A stretch of DNA of 64,000 nt from Candidatus Omnitrophota bacterium (GTDB lineage: Bacteria; Omnitrophota; Gorgyraeia; Gygaellales; Profunditerraquicolaceae): contig JBAZKK010000004.1 in assembly GCA_041650795.1 (NCBI GenBank), positions 3,277 to 67,276 of the forward strand, read 5' to 3'. The position numbers and the translations under genes were made by a program. The notes under the pieces are model-generated. The model was not told the DNA's origin, did not search any database, and was given only the letters and a program-made list of their open reading frames with translations. Positions 35,188 to 45,167 of this stretch are shown piece by piece. Position 1 is the first letter of the stretch. Every line of letters begins with the position of its first letter.

Positions 35188-37875
35188 ATGAATGAGCTAT
35201 CAACTCGTTATAACCCCAAAGAGTGCGAAGATAAATGGTATAGGTTTTGGGAAGGGAAGGGTTATTTCCACGCCCGCCCAGACCCCGCCAAGAAGCCGTT
35301 CTCTATAGTTATTCCTCCCCCCAATGTCACCGGCATACTGCATATGGGGCATGCCTTGAACAATACTATTCAGGACATCCTGATACGTTACCATCGCATG
35401 AGCGGCGAAGAAACCCTCTGGATGCCGGGGACAGACCACGCCGGTATAGCCACCCAGAATGTGGTGGAGAAATCAATTGCCAAAGAAGGCTTAAGGCGCC
35501 AGGATTTAGGGAGGGAAAAATTCATTGCCAAGGTCTGGGAGTGGAAGGAGCGTCACGGTTCCGCCATTACCCAGCAGCTTAAGCGCCTGGGAGCCTCTTG
35601 CGATTGGCAGCGCATCCGTTTTACCATGGATGCGGAGTATTCCGTTTCGGTCGCGGAGGTTTTCGCAAGGCTTTACCAAAAAGGTCTTATCTACCGCGGC
35701 ACCTACATTATTAACTGGTGTCCCCGTTGCCAGACAGCCTTGGCTGATGAAGAGGCCCCGCATCAGGAGCTTGAGGGCAGCCTTTATTATTTAAGGTATC
35801 CTTTAAAGGGCAGCCCAGCGGGCTTTATAACGGTGGCAACGACCCGTCCGGAAACCATGTTGGGCGATACCGCTGTTGCGGTTAACCCCAAGGATAAGAG
35901 ATATAGGAAACTGATAGGCAAGACCGTTATCCTGCCTTTGCTAAAGAGGCAAATAAATATCATTGCCGATAAGAGCGTGGATATGGCCTTCGGCACCGGC
36001 GCCGTAAAGGTTACCCCGGCGCATGATCCTGCCGACTATGCCCTAGGAAAGAAACACAACCTGGATTTTATTAACGTGATGCATCCCGACGGCCGTATGA
36101 ATGAGCATGCCGGGCGCTATCAGGGCATGGATAGGTTTAAGGCGCGCCAGGCCATACTGGAGGATTTAAGGTCCGAGGGGCTCTTGGAGAAGGTCGAGCC
36201 GCACGTACTCTCTGCGGGGCATTGTTATCGCTGCCACACGATTATCGAGCCTTATTTATCAAGGCAGTGGTTTGTGAAGATGAAGCCCCTGGCAGGACCG
36301 GCAATCAAGGCGGTCAAAAAAGGCGAGATTAGATTTTATCCCGAGCGCTGGAAAAAGGTATACCTGAACTGGATGGAGAATATCCAGGACTGGTGTATCT
36401 CGCGCCAGATATGGTGGGGGCACCGCCTGCCGGTTTATTATTGCCCGGATTGCCAGGCCCAGGATAGCGATAAGGGGATTATCGTAGCTTCTCTCAAACC
36501 GCCAAAGTGCCCTTCCTGCGGCTGTGGCCGTATCTATCAGGATGAAGACGTCCTGGATACCTGGTTTTCTTCCTGGCTATGGCCTTTTGCTACATTCTAT
36601 TGGCCTTTTAAGATTATTAGCGGCAGCAATGTCGATGCCCAAAAAGCCGAGGAGGAGCTGGGATATTTCTACCCTACCTCAACGCTGGTAACCGCCCCCG
36701 AGATTATATTCTTTTGGGTGGCGCGGATGATTATGGCGGGGTTTGAGTTTATGAAGGCAATACCATTTAGCGATGTCTACATCCACGGCACCGTGCGCGA
36801 TATCGAAGGTAAAAAGATGTCAAAATCGCTCGGCAATATAATTGACCCCCTGGACATCATCGAGGAATACGGATCAGATGCCTTGCGTTTCAGCCTGATA
36901 TCCCTGACCAGCCATGGCCAGGATGTATTCTTGTCCGAGGAGAGGTTTGAGCAGGGGCGCAATTTTGCCAACAAGATCTGGAATGCCTCCCGCTTTATCC
37001 TGATGAACCTTGATGCCTCAAGGATAAAGGTGGATCTCTGCCAATTCTTCGGGAAAGGGGATTTGGATTTAGCCGACCGCTGGATACTGAGCAGGTTCTA
37101 CTCTCTTCTTAAAAACGTAGGTAGATCCCTCGGGGGTTATCGCCTCAACGAGGCCGCCAACGCTATCTACGGATTCTTCTGGCATGAATTCTGCGACTGG
37201 TACCTGGAGATTATCAAGCCCGAGATTAATAAAGAACGGCATCAGGTGGTGATGTATAAGGTGCTTGAGAAGACGCTGCGCATCCTCCATCCATGCATGC
37301 CCTTTATCACCGAGGAGGTTTGGCAGCTTTTACCTCATCAGGGAGATTCCATCATGATTGCGCCCTGGCCTCACCTGCAGGGGAATATGATTGACGCCAG
37401 GATTGAATCCATGATGGAGACGCTATTCGATATCGTTAAGACTATAAGGAACCTGCGTGCCGAGCTTGAGATCGATGCCCAGCTGGTGCTCAGCGCTTCG
37501 TTATATCCTCACAGCAGGGGCGTGCGTTCGGCAATAGAGCAGAATAAAAGCTGGATTGCGAACCTGAGCTGCTTGAGCGATATTGCGATGCTTGATGCCG
37601 CAAAAAGGCCTGCGGGGACGGTCAGCGATGCCACTGCCGATGCCGATGTCTATCTTCATTTGGGAGAGGCTATTGATATCTCGCATGAGCGCGTCAAGAT
37701 TGCGGATAAGATTAAAAAGCTGGCTATTTCGGCCGCCTCCAAAGAAGCAAGGCTTAAAAACAGAGAGTTCGTTAAGAAGGCCCCTCGGGAGATAGTGGAA
37801 AAAGAGCAGGCCGGGCTTGGGGAATCGCGACGGCTGCTGGAAAGGCTAGAAAGGATGGCGCGTGAATTGCCTTGA
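35188..37875 (+). CDS. valS: Valyl-tRNA synthetase
   Basis: HIGH-type motif (PNVTGILHMGHALN), KMSKSLGN, C-terminal coiled coil; 895 aa. Confidence 0.95.
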   Translation: MNELSTRYNPKECEDKWYRFWEGKGYFHARPDPAKKPFSIVIPPPNVTGILHMGHALNNTIQDILIRYHRMSGEETLWMPGTDHAGIATQNVVEKSIAKEGLRRQDLGREKFIAKVWEWKERHGSAITQQLKRLGASCDWQRIRFTMDAEYSVSVAEVFARLYQKGLIYRGTYIINWCPRCQTALADEEAPHQELEGSLYYLRYPLKGSPAGFITVATTRPETMLGDTAVAVNPKDKRYRKLIGKTVILPLLKRQINIIADKSVDMAFGTGAVKVTPAHDPADYALGKKHNLDFINVMHPDGRMNEHAGRYQGMDRFKARQAILEDLRSEGLLEKVEPHVLSAGHCYRCHTIIEPYLSRQWFVKMKPLAGPAIKAVKKGEIRFYPERWKKVYLNWMENIQDWCISRQIWWGHRLPVYYCPDCQAQDSDKGIIVASLKPPKCPSCGCGRIYQDEDVLDTWFSSWLWPFATFYWPFKIISGSNVDAQKAEEELGYFYPTSTLVTAPEIIFFWVARMIMAGFEFMKAIPFSDVYIHGTVRDIEGKKMSKSLGNIIDPLDIIEEYGSDALRFSLISLTSHGQDVFLSEERFEQGRNFANKIWNASRFILMNLDASRIKVDLCQFFGKGDLDLADRWILSRFYSLLKNVGRSLGGYRLNEAANAIYGFFWHEFCDWYLEIIKPEINKERHQVVMYKVLEKTLRILHPCMPFITEEVWQLLPHQGDSIMIAPWPHLQGNMIDARIESMMETLFDIVKTIRNLRAELEIDAQLVLSASLYPHSRGVRSAIEQNKSWIANLSCLSDIAMLDAAKRPAGTVSDATADADVYLHLGEAIDISHERVKIADKIKKLAISAASKEARLKNREFVKKAPREIVEKEQAGLGESRRLLERLERMARELP

Positions 37876-38737
37876 TGAGCAGTATGTAACCCGGGTAGTA
37901 AAGAACGCCCTCCGGGAAGATATCGGCAAGAGAGATATCACCACCCGTTATTTCCTGCCCGATGGGGTTAGTTGCCGCGCAGCAATTATTGCAAAGGAGA
38001 AAGGGGTTGTCTGCGGACTCGATATCGCAAAGCGGGTTTTTCAATGCCTGGATAGAAGAATAACTTTTTTCTGCCTGGCCAAGGATGGCAAGGACGTCAG
38101 GAGGGGGGAGGTTTTGGCGAGGCTGCGCGGGCCGGCCGCCGGGATACTTACCGGCGAAAGGGTAGCGTTGAATTTCTTAGGGTTGCTTTGCGGTATTGCT
38201 ACGCGCACCAGGAGGTTCCTGCGCCTGCTCGGCCCACATAATGTGAGGCTTATGGATACCCGCAAAACCATCCCCGGCCTGCGGAAGTTGGAGAAATATG
38301 CCGTCAGGGTAGGCGGAGGCTTCAATCATCGCCAGAGGCTCGACGATATGTTTTTGGTCAAGGATAATCATATCGCAATACGCAACAGGACGAGGCGTTC
38401 CGATCTCGGAGGCGTTATTGATTCGCTCAGGAGAAAGTCTGCGCGGAAACGAATGATTGAGGTGGAGGTAGGCAGTCTTAAGGAGTTCTACCGGGTTCTT
38501 GAGGCGGGCCCGGATATTATCATGCTGGATAATATGCCGCCTTCCGAGATAAGAAAAGCAGTCCATTTTAAAGAAAGGTTTCCGTCGCCCCGGATAAGGC
38601 GTATCAAGATCGAGGCTTCCGGAGACATCAATTCCTCTAATATACGCTCATATGCTGCCTGCGGCGTAGATTTTATATCCTTGGGGACCTTGACCAGGGA
38701 CGTAGAATCGTTGGATTTATCTTTAGAGATAAATTAA
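37862..38737 (+). CDS. nadC: Nicotinate-nucleotide pyrophosphorylase [carboxylating] (quinolinate phosphoribosyltransferase)
   Basis: TRKTIPGLR...VKDNHIA...IMLDNM QPRTase motifs. Confidence 0.9.
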   Translation: MNCLDEQYVTRVVKNALREDIGKRDITTRYFLPDGVSCRAAIIAKEKGVVCGLDIAKRVFQCLDRRITFFCLAKDGKDVRRGEVLARLRGPAAGILTGERVALNFLGLLCGIATRTRRFLRLLGPHNVRLMDTRKTIPGLRKLEKYAVRVGGGFNHRQRLDDMFLVKDNHIAIRNRTRRSDLGGVIDSLRRKSARKRMIEVEVGSLKEFYRVLEAGPDIIMLDNMPPSEIRKAVHFKERFPSPRIRRIKIEASGDINSSNIRSYAACGVDFISLGTLTRDVESLDLSLEIN

Positions 38738-38748
38738 CAAAGGAGCGG

Positions 38749-40008
38749 ATGATGAAAAAAACGGTTTTGATAACGGCGCTTGCGCTCATCGTAACCCTTT
38801 ACTGTTTTCCCGCGTCGGCAGAGGAGACCGATTATTCCCGGATATTGGTTTGCACTAAGGCCTTTGAGGCACTGGGCAGGTTAGGCGACCCAAGCGCGAA
38901 GGATGTCTTGCTCCAGGGGCTAAGGAGCCCTGATTTTATGCTGCGCTCCTATGCCGCAGATGCTTTAGGCAGATTGAACTGTAAGGATGCCGTGCCATGG
39001 CTGGAGATAGCCAGCAGGGACCGCAATTATTTAGTAAGCATCTTTGCTGCCAAGGCGCTGGTTAAGCTGGGGGTTAATTCCTACGAGAAGAAGCTCCTCA
39101 ACTTTTTAAACAACGATCGCCCGGATATACGCGCCCTTACAGTGGAGCAACTGGGGGATTTCGGGGATAGGTATCTCTTCATGCTGGTGCGGGTATTGCT
39201 GGATAGCAGCGATCCCAACGTGCGCATAAAGGCCATTGAGCAATTGGGCAGGAACAAATTCAACCCGGCGTTAGTCTATATAAAGAAGGCCGCATATGAT
39301 AAGAATGCGCAGGTGCGGCAGGCTGCTTGTGTGGCCCTGGGCAGGATAGGCAGCGAAGAGAACGCAGTGGTGCTTAACCTGAGGCTTTCTGACCCGGATG
39401 TTTATGTGCGGGCCGCAGCTAAAACCGCTTTAAGTTCGCTCAGCGGCGCGGGTATTGCTTCAAGGAAGGGCAGGATTAAGGTAAACAGCAAATTCATAGA
39501 ACTTTTATGGAAAGACACCAAGAGCCCAAACCCGTATGCCCGCGCAAGCTCTTATATTGCCTTGGCAAATCTTAAGGATACAAGGGTTGTTAATGTAATA
39601 TTAACCGACATAACGTCTCCCGCCAGCCCTACCCTGGTTAGGCGTGATGGCGCACGGGCGCTTACCATATTGAAACCTTATTTTTGCGATACGGTACGTA
39701 AAAGGCTCTCCGTCTCGCGGGAGACCAGGGTTTTCAGCGAGAATGTGGAGCCGGATTACAGGATAAACGGCAAGTGGTTATTGGAGGTGTTCATTGGTGC
39801 GTTGCAGGCCTCTGCTAACCCGCTGCATCAGGATTCTCCGACAGTGCTTAAAGAATTAAGGGAAAGCGTCAGTTACCCATTCTTGCGCTACGCTATTTTT
39901 GACAATGACCCCAAATTACAGGCGAATGCCCTTTATGCCCTGGGGGAATTGAAGGATAAAGACGCCCTGGCCGATATTATCAGGCTCTGTAAGCAGTATG
40001 GTTTTTGA
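38749..40008 (+). CDS. Secreted HEAT-repeat (PBS-lyase-like) protein
   Basis: Signal peptide (cleavage after ASA); repeated ~30-aa units with the D/N..VR..A..ALG pattern. Confidence 0.6.
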   Translation: MMKKTVLITALALIVTLYCFPASAEETDYSRILVCTKAFEALGRLGDPSAKDVLLQGLRSPDFMLRSYAADALGRLNCKDAVPWLEIASRDRNYLVSIFAAKALVKLGVNSYEKKLLNFLNNDRPDIRALTVEQLGDFGDRYLFMLVRVLLDSSDPNVRIKAIEQLGRNKFNPALVYIKKAAYDKNAQVRQAACVALGRIGSEENAVVLNLRLSDPDVYVRAAAKTALSSLSGAGIASRKGRIKVNSKFIELLWKDTKSPNPYARASSYIALANLKDTRVVNVILTDITSPASPTLVRRDGARALTILKPYFCDTVRKRLSVSRETRVFSENVEPDYRINGKWLLEVFIGALQASANPLHQDSPTVLKELRESVSYPFLRYAIFDNDPKLQANALYALGELKDKDALADIIRLCKQYGF

Positions 40009-42047
40009 TGCCTTCCCAACCCCTTAAATTAGAAACGAGGTTGAGGCCTCGCGGGGACCAGCCCAAGGCTATCCGGCAGTTAACCAAGAGCATAGAAGAG
40101 GGATATAAATACCGCACCCTCCTGGGTACGACCGGTTCCGGCAAGACATTTACTTTGGCCAATGTCATTGCCTGCCTGGGGTTGCCTACCCTGGTTATTT
40201 CCCATAACAAGACCCTGGCAGCGCAGTTATATTCGGAATTTAAGGGTTTCTTTCCACATAATGCCGTAGAGTATTTCGTCAGCTATTATGATTATTACCA
40301 GCCTGAGGCATATATCCCCTCCACCGATACTTATATCGAAAAAGACGCCTCTATTAATGACCGTCTTGACCGCCTGAGGCTTTCTGCTACCACCAGCATT
40401 ATGTCGCGCCGCGATGTGATAGTGGTGGCTTCCGTTTCCTGCCTTTATAACCTCGGTTCTCCCGAAGATTACCGCGAGCTCCTGCTTTTTATCGAAAAGG
40501 GCATGACGATTGCGCGTGATGAGCTTTTGAGGAAGCTAATCCACATGCAGTATGAGCGTAACGACTATGAATTCGTACGAGGGAGGATCAGGGTCAGAGG
40601 CGACGTAGTGGAGGTTTTCCCTTCCTATGAGGAGACAGCGCTGCGTATCAATTTTTGCGGCAGCGTTATTGAGGGCATCTTCCAGATTAACCCGGTTTCG
40701 TCCGAGACGCTTGCCTCTTTTGATAAGGCGGCAATTTACCCTGCCAAGCATTTTTTGGTTTCCCCGGGCAGGCTCGATAACGCCGTTAGTTCCGTAATGT
40801 CGGAGCTGGAAGGTCAGCTTGCTTTCTTGCGCCGGAGCAACAAACTCCTGGAGGCCCAACGCCTGGAATCGCGTACCAACTATGATATGGAGATGCTTAA
40901 GGAGATAGGTTACTGTCACGGGATCGAGAATTATTCCAGGCATATCTGCGCGCGCCTCCCGGGTTCGCGTCCTTATACCATGATTGATTATTTCCCCGCT
41001 GATTTCCTTACCATTATTGATGAATCCCACGTTACCATGCCGCAGATAAGGGGGATGTACGAAGGCGACCGCGCCAGGAAGGAGGTGCTGGTGGAATACG
41101 GTTTCCGCCTTCCTTCGTGCCTGGATAACCGCCCGCTTAAATTTGAGGAGTTTGGCGACATTACCAAAAGGACGGTATTTGTTTCTGCCACTCCCGACGA
41201 ATACGAGATAAAAAGGAGCAGGGGTGTGGTAATTGAACAGATCATCAGGCCCACGGGGCTGCTCGACCCGGAGATTATGGTACGGCCTACCGTAAACCAG
41301 GTTGAGGATCTTATCTCCGAGGTCAAGAAACGCGCCAGGAATAACGAGCGCGTGCTGGCGACTACTCTTACCAAGCGGATGGCTGAGGACCTCAGCGCCT
41401 ATTTACAGGAGAAGGGGTTAAGGGTAAAATACCTGCATAGCGAGATCCAGACCATTGAACGCAGCAAGATACTGCGCGATTTAAGAGAAAGGAAGTTTGA
41501 TTGCCTGGTAGGCATAAATCTCTTAAGGGAAGGGCTTGACCTCCCTGAGGTGTCTCTGGTAGCGATACTGGATGCCGATAAGGAGGGTTTTTTGCGTTCC
41601 GCCACTTCGCTCATACAGGTCGCCGGCCGGGCCGCCCGCAATATCAACGGGACAGTTATCATGTATGCTGATACAGTTACCGGCTCGATGAAAAAAGCGA
41701 TCGCAGAAAGTGATCGCAGGAGAAAGATTCAATTGGAGTTCAACCGGAAAAACAACATCACCCCGCGTTCCATCAAGAAGGAGATACGTTCAGGGATTGA
41801 GGAGTTGGCAGAGGCTGAAGGGTTCGTGGAAGGGTTAACCGGACAGGCCCGCGACGAATACGAGATTGCCAGATATGCCGCGCAGCTGGAATACGAGATG
41901 GAACTGGCTGCCAGGAACCTGCAGTTTGAAAAGGCTGCCCAACTGCGCGACCAACTTAGCGAATTTAAGGGACGGTTCTCAACTACGGTTAAAAGTGTCC
42001 CCGCAGGGGACAGTTCTAACCGCGCTTCAGAACCGTCCCTAGAATAA
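40005..42047 (+). CDS. uvrB: Excinuclease ABC subunit B UvrB
   Basis: GTTGSGKTFT Walker A, helicase motifs, C-terminal UvrB/UvrC interaction region (ARNLQFEKAAQLRD). Confidence 0.95.
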   Translation: MMPSQPLKLETRLRPRGDQPKAIRQLTKSIEEGYKYRTLLGTTGSGKTFTLANVIACLGLPTLVISHNKTLAAQLYSEFKGFFPHNAVEYFVSYYDYYQPEAYIPSTDTYIEKDASINDRLDRLRLSATTSIMSRRDVIVVASVSCLYNLGSPEDYRELLLFIEKGMTIARDELLRKLIHMQYERNDYEFVRGRIRVRGDVVEVFPSYEETALRINFCGSVIEGIFQINPVSSETLASFDKAAIYPAKHFLVSPGRLDNAVSSVMSELEGQLAFLRRSNKLLEAQRLESRTNYDMEMLKEIGYCHGIENYSRHICARLPGSRPYTMIDYFPADFLTIIDESHVTMPQIRGMYEGDRARKEVLVEYGFRLPSCLDNRPLKFEEFGDITKRTVFVSATPDEYEIKRSRGVVIEQIIRPTGLLDPEIMVRPTVNQVEDLISEVKKRARNNERVLATTLTKRMAEDLSAYLQEKGLRVKYLHSEIQTIERSKILRDLRERKFDCLVGINLLREGLDLPEVSLVAILDADKEGFLRSATSLIQVAGRAARNINGTVIMYADTVTGSMKKAIAESDRRRKIQLEFNRKNNITPRSIKKEIRSGIEELAEAEGFVEGLTGQARDEYEIARYAAQLEYEMELAARNLQFEKAAQLRDQLSEFKGRFSTTVKSVPAGDSSNRASEPSLE

Positions 42048-42059
42048 GAAGGAGAAGGG

Positions 42060-42815
42060 ATGCTGCTGGCCGTTGACGTAGGGAATACTAACATAACCCT
42101 GGGTGTATTTGATAAGGAGCGGATTTTGAGGCGTTACAGTATCCCTACCTACAGGAGGACGTATCGCAGGGGGCTTTTACCGATATTAAGAAGCTACCCC
42201 ATAGAAAACGCCATAATCTCCAGCGTTGTGCCATATGCCACTGCTATATTGAAAAAGGAGCTTTTCAGGCAGCTAGGGAAAAAGCCTTTAGTGTTGGGCC
42301 TGAATATCAAAGTGCCGATAACTAACCGTTACCGTAAGAGGCGTCAGGTTGGACAGGACCGCTTGGTAAATGCTTATGCGGTATGCGAGTTTTACGGTCC
42401 TCCCGCTGTGGTAGTGGATTTCGGCACTGCGGTTACCTTCGACGTCGTCTCGCGCAGAGGGGAATATCTTGGGGGGATGATACTTCCCGGCTTAAGAATG
42501 TCCCTGGCGGCATTGGCAGAAAAAACCGCCCTGTTGCCGGATATAAAATTAAAGAGACCGAAAGAATTTATCGGACGCGATACTGCCGAAAGCATCTTAA
42601 GCGGGGTTGTCCACGGTTTTGCAGCCATGACCCGCGATATGATAAGAAGCATCAGAGGCGCTATCGGCAATGATGCGATAGCGGTCTTTACAGGGGGCGA
42701 TAGCGCCCTTCTGGCGCAGTATATCAAGGAAGCTAAGCGCCTGGATGCGGATTTGACTATCAAGGGCCTTAATCTTATTTACAGCAGGAAATACTTGACA
42801 AGAGGTTCTGTTTGA
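42060..42815 (+). CDS. coaX: Type III pantothenate kinase CoaX
   Basis: MLLAVDVGNTNITLGVF...VVDFGTAVTFDVV ASKHA motifs. Confidence 0.9.
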   Translation: MLLAVDVGNTNITLGVFDKERILRRYSIPTYRRTYRRGLLPILRSYPIENAIISSVVPYATAILKKELFRQLGKKPLVLGLNIKVPITNRYRKRRQVGQDRLVNAYAVCEFYGPPAVVVDFGTAVTFDVVSRRGEYLGGMILPGLRMSLAALAEKTALLPDIKLKRPKEFIGRDTAESILSGVVHGFAAMTRDMIRSIRGAIGNDAIAVFTGGDSALLAQYIKEAKRLDADLTIKGLNLIYSRKYLTRGSV

Positions 42816-42886
42816 CCTATAATTAAGAATGTAACGGCAATTTTTAACCCTGGATAATAGGTGCGAAACTCTAACGAGATGTTTCG

Positions 42887-42930
42887 AAAGCCGCGGGATA
42901 GTCAGATAAAGACAAGCCGCGGTTTTTTAT
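42887..42930 (+). terminator. Candidate intrinsic terminator downstream of coaX
   Basis: aaagCCGCGG-20 nt loop-CCGCGGTTTTTTATTT. Confidence 0.45.
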
Positions 42931-42951
42931 TTATTGAAGGAGGGTTAAATA

Positions 42952-43293
42952 ATGGAGACATATTCCTCCAGCGATAAAAGATTGTTCCAGCGGGTGCCGT
43001 TAAGAATCAGCTTGAGGTTCCTAAATACCTCGACCAATAAGTGGAATTTAGTGCAGACCGAAGATATCAGCGCCAGGGGCATCGGCATGCTTACACAAAG
43101 GGAAGTCGATCCCGAGACTCCCCTTGAGATGTGGCTGCCCATACCTGAGAGAGGCGAGACCTACTATACAAGAGGCAAGGTTGCCTGGTCCAGGCGCCTT
43201 GAGCCGGACAGGTACCGCGTAGGGGTAGAACTTAACCGCGTTGACCTGATGGGCCTGGCGCCTTTTATGAGGAAAGCTGAAGCCGCGGTTTAA
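42952..43293 (+). CDS. Stand-alone PilZ domain protein
   Basis: KRLFQRVP (RxxxR) and EDISARG (DxSxxG). Confidence 0.65.
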   Translation: METYSSSDKRLFQRVPLRISLRFLNTSTNKWNLVQTEDISARGIGMLTQREVDPETPLEMWLPIPERGETYYTRGKVAWSRRLEPDRYRVGVELNRVDLMGLAPFMRKAEAAV

Positions 43294-43384
43294 AAAGAGA
43301 ATTTCATCCCGCCTGATTCAAGCCCGTTATCTTCGGTATTTTCAATAATTAGTTAGGTATTTATTATTTCTCCCCTATTTTATC

Positions 43385-44329
43385 TTATTTCAATAGATAA
43401 CTTATGACGCGTTTTTCGGATACCTTGCCGTTTTTGTAAAATACCGTCGAGCCGCTTTTAAGGATTCCGTCCGTGCCGTAATTATTCGTCCTTGTTTGTA
43501 TTAAAGCTCCGCTTCCAACCTTAGAGCCATTACGGATTGTTATTGCAATTTGTTTTAATTTTCCGTTGGCATGGTAACTGTAGCTTTGTATGGTATTTGT
43601 TTTTTGGAGCGTTTTGCCATTTTTTGTAATAACCGCAGTTGTAGAGATGTGGTCTATTTTATGGGTAGTGGCATCGCGGGTGATTACTGAATTTGAGGTA
43701 ATCTTCTTGCCGCTTGCATATTGCACCGTAATTTTGTATCCTGTTGCCAGACCGTTACTACCGTATTCGTATGCCGTTGTGTGAGTTTCAGTTACTTCCC
43801 CTTTGCTGTTCTTGCATGTTATTGTCCGCACTGCGACTTTACCTTTGTTGTTCAAGACATATTTATATTCCTGGGTTCCGGAGCTGATTTTTTCACCTTT
43901 GGTGTTATATTTTACCCAGCTTATTTTAGTTATTAACCCCTTGTCATTTCTTGTATAAACATTATCTTTGTATCCTATGTAATTCCCGTTTTTATCGTAT
44001 ATTTTCTCTTTGCTGCCGGCCGGCTGGGCGCTCGCATCGGCTTTTTCTTTTGTATTTGCAGCAGTTACGCTATCGGCAGTGGCGGTACTCACCTTGCCTT
44101 TTTCATTTTTATCGGCAGTGCCGGTGTTTACTTCAGGCGTTGCAATGGGCTGGGTTGTAGCCGGCGCTTCTATTTTAACCATGTTAACAGCGCGAAGCCC
44201 CGCCTTATAAACAGGCATAGTCTTGTTTGTCTCCAGAAGCAGGGGGGAGATCCCCTCAGCATGGCTGGCTGCTGTTATGCCAAGCACGCAGGCAAGAAAT
44301 GTTAAAAGCATCAGGTTTACCTTCTTCAT
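43385..44329 (-). CDS. Secreted beta-rich protein with internal T/S/K-rich repeats, hypothetical; lower GC than its neighbours
   Basis: Signal peptide MKKVNLMLLTFLACVLGITAASHA; start at the second ATG, preceded by AAGGGGGA; repeated GK/TxxT strand-like units; one of only two − strand genes in the window. Confidence 0.55.
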   Translation of the reverse strand: MKKVNLMLLTFLACVLGITAASHAEGISPLLLETNKTMPVYKAGLRAVNMVKIEAPATTQPIATPEVNTGTADKNEKGKVSTATADSVTAANTKEKADASAQPAGSKEKIYDKNGNYIGYKDNVYTRNDKGLITKISWVKYNTKGEKISSGTQEYKYVLNNKGKVAVRTITCKNSKGEVTETHTTAYEYGSNGLATGYKITVQYASGKKITSNSVITRDATTHKIDHISTTAVITKNGKTLQKTNTIQSYSYHANGKLKQIAITIRNGSKVGSGALIQTRTNNYGTDGILKSGSTVFYKNGKVSEKRVISYLLK

Positions 44330-44338
44330 TTTATTTTC

Positions 44339-44367
44339 CCCCTTATCGATCCGTGGCATTCCGCGCC
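44339..44367. repeat. 29-bp perfect direct repeat, copy 1 (ccccttatcgatccgtggcattccgcgcc), overlapping the RBS region of the − strand secreted-protein gene
   Basis: Identical 29-mer found again at 44574-44602; each copy is followed by a CCGCGCC-loop-GGCGCGG hairpin and then TTTATCGT. Confidence 0.8.
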
Positions 44368-44500
44368 CTTTGCGGCCGGCGCGGGTTTATCGTCTGGGGC
44401 GGTTTTATCCCCATCTATTTTTCGCAGAAGCAACGACCCCGTCTTATTTATTCACCTCCTTTGGGTCCGCATATTTTCTGCCTTATTTACGCTCTCACGG

Positions 44501-44546
44501 CAAATAAAATAGCCGGGTTGCCTTTCCTTAATTCGGCAACCCGGCT
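44501..44546 (-). terminator. Strong hairpin with a U-tract on the − strand, lying between the two repeat copies
   Basis: − strand AGCCGGGTTGCC-gaattaaggaaa-GGCAACCCGGCT followed by ATTTTATTT; no T-run on the + strand side. Confidence 0.55.
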
Positions 44547-44573
44547 GTCGATAATAACGGCTAAATAAAATTG

Positions 44574-44602
44574 CCCCTTATCGATCCGTGGCATTCCGCG
44601 CC
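44574..44602. repeat. 29-bp perfect direct repeat, copy 2
   Basis: Identical to 44339-44367; same flanking hairpin architecture but a different loop sequence. Confidence 0.8.
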
Positions 44603-44750
44603 GGATGCAGCTATGGGCGCGGCTTTATCGTTAAGGAATGCGTATAGTATCTCCACCCAAAGTTTAAATCATTCTTTTGGGCATTTCAATACAGAAACAC
44701 CTTTTAAGGAAAGCGCTTTCCGGGCATTACGAGATAGATAAAAAAAATAC

Positions 44751-44779
44751 TTGACAAGCTTTTCTTTTATTTTTATAAT
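44751..44779 (+). promoter_or_regulatory. Consensus sigma70 promoter of groESL
   Basis: TTGACA-N17-TATAAT, both hexamers perfect. Confidence 0.75.
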
Positions 44780-44805
44780 TAGCACTCTTGTAGGGTGAGT
44801 GCTAA
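44779..44805 (+). promoter_or_regulatory. CIRCE operator (HrcA binding site)
   Basis: TTAGCACTC-N9-GAGTGCTAA, a perfect inverted repeat immediately after the -10 hexamer. Confidence 0.9.
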
Positions 44806-44844
44806 AATAAACCATACAATAAACATACATAAGGAGGTGTGGTT

Positions 44845-45135
44845 ATGAAGATTCAACCGTTAGGCGACCGCGTAGTAGTTAAACCTTTAGAGGCAGAGGC
44901 CAAGACCAAGGGCGGGATAGTCCTTCCCGATACCGCAAAAGAAAAACCTCAGGAGGGAGAGATAGTAGCGGTAGGAAAGGGCAAGGTTCTTGACAGCGGA
45001 AGTATTCAGGCCCTGGAGGTCAAGGTGGGAGATAAGGTATTATACGCAAAGTATTCCGGGAACGAGATCACCACCAAGGACGGGGAAGAGCTCTTGATTA
45101 TGCGCGAAGAGGATATCCTGGCGATTATAAAATAG
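44845..45135 (+). CDS. groES: Co-chaperonin GroES
   Basis: [14 protein letters not shown]...GGIVLP...; AAGGAGG RBS 7 nt before ATG 44845. Confidence 0.95.
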   Translation: MKIQPLGDRVVVKPLEAEAKTKGGIVLPDTAKEKPQEGEIVAVGKGKVLDSGSIQALEVKVGDKVLYAKYSGNEITTKDGEELLIMREEDILAIIK

Positions 45136-45167
45136 AAACGTATCTATTAGGAAAAGGAGGTTATCTA

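Noticed and set aside
44501-44546. Hairpin considered as a + strand terminator for an upstream + strand gene
   Set aside because: No + strand gene ends nearby, and the T-tract sits only on the − strand side (ATTTTATTT), so the − strand orientation is the consistent one.
44223-44568. Two overlapping + strand ORFs (94 and 113 aa) in the repeat and hairpin region
   Set aside because: They have no RBS and span the duplicated repeats and the terminator hairpin. The region is better explained as a structured non-coding leader on the − strand.
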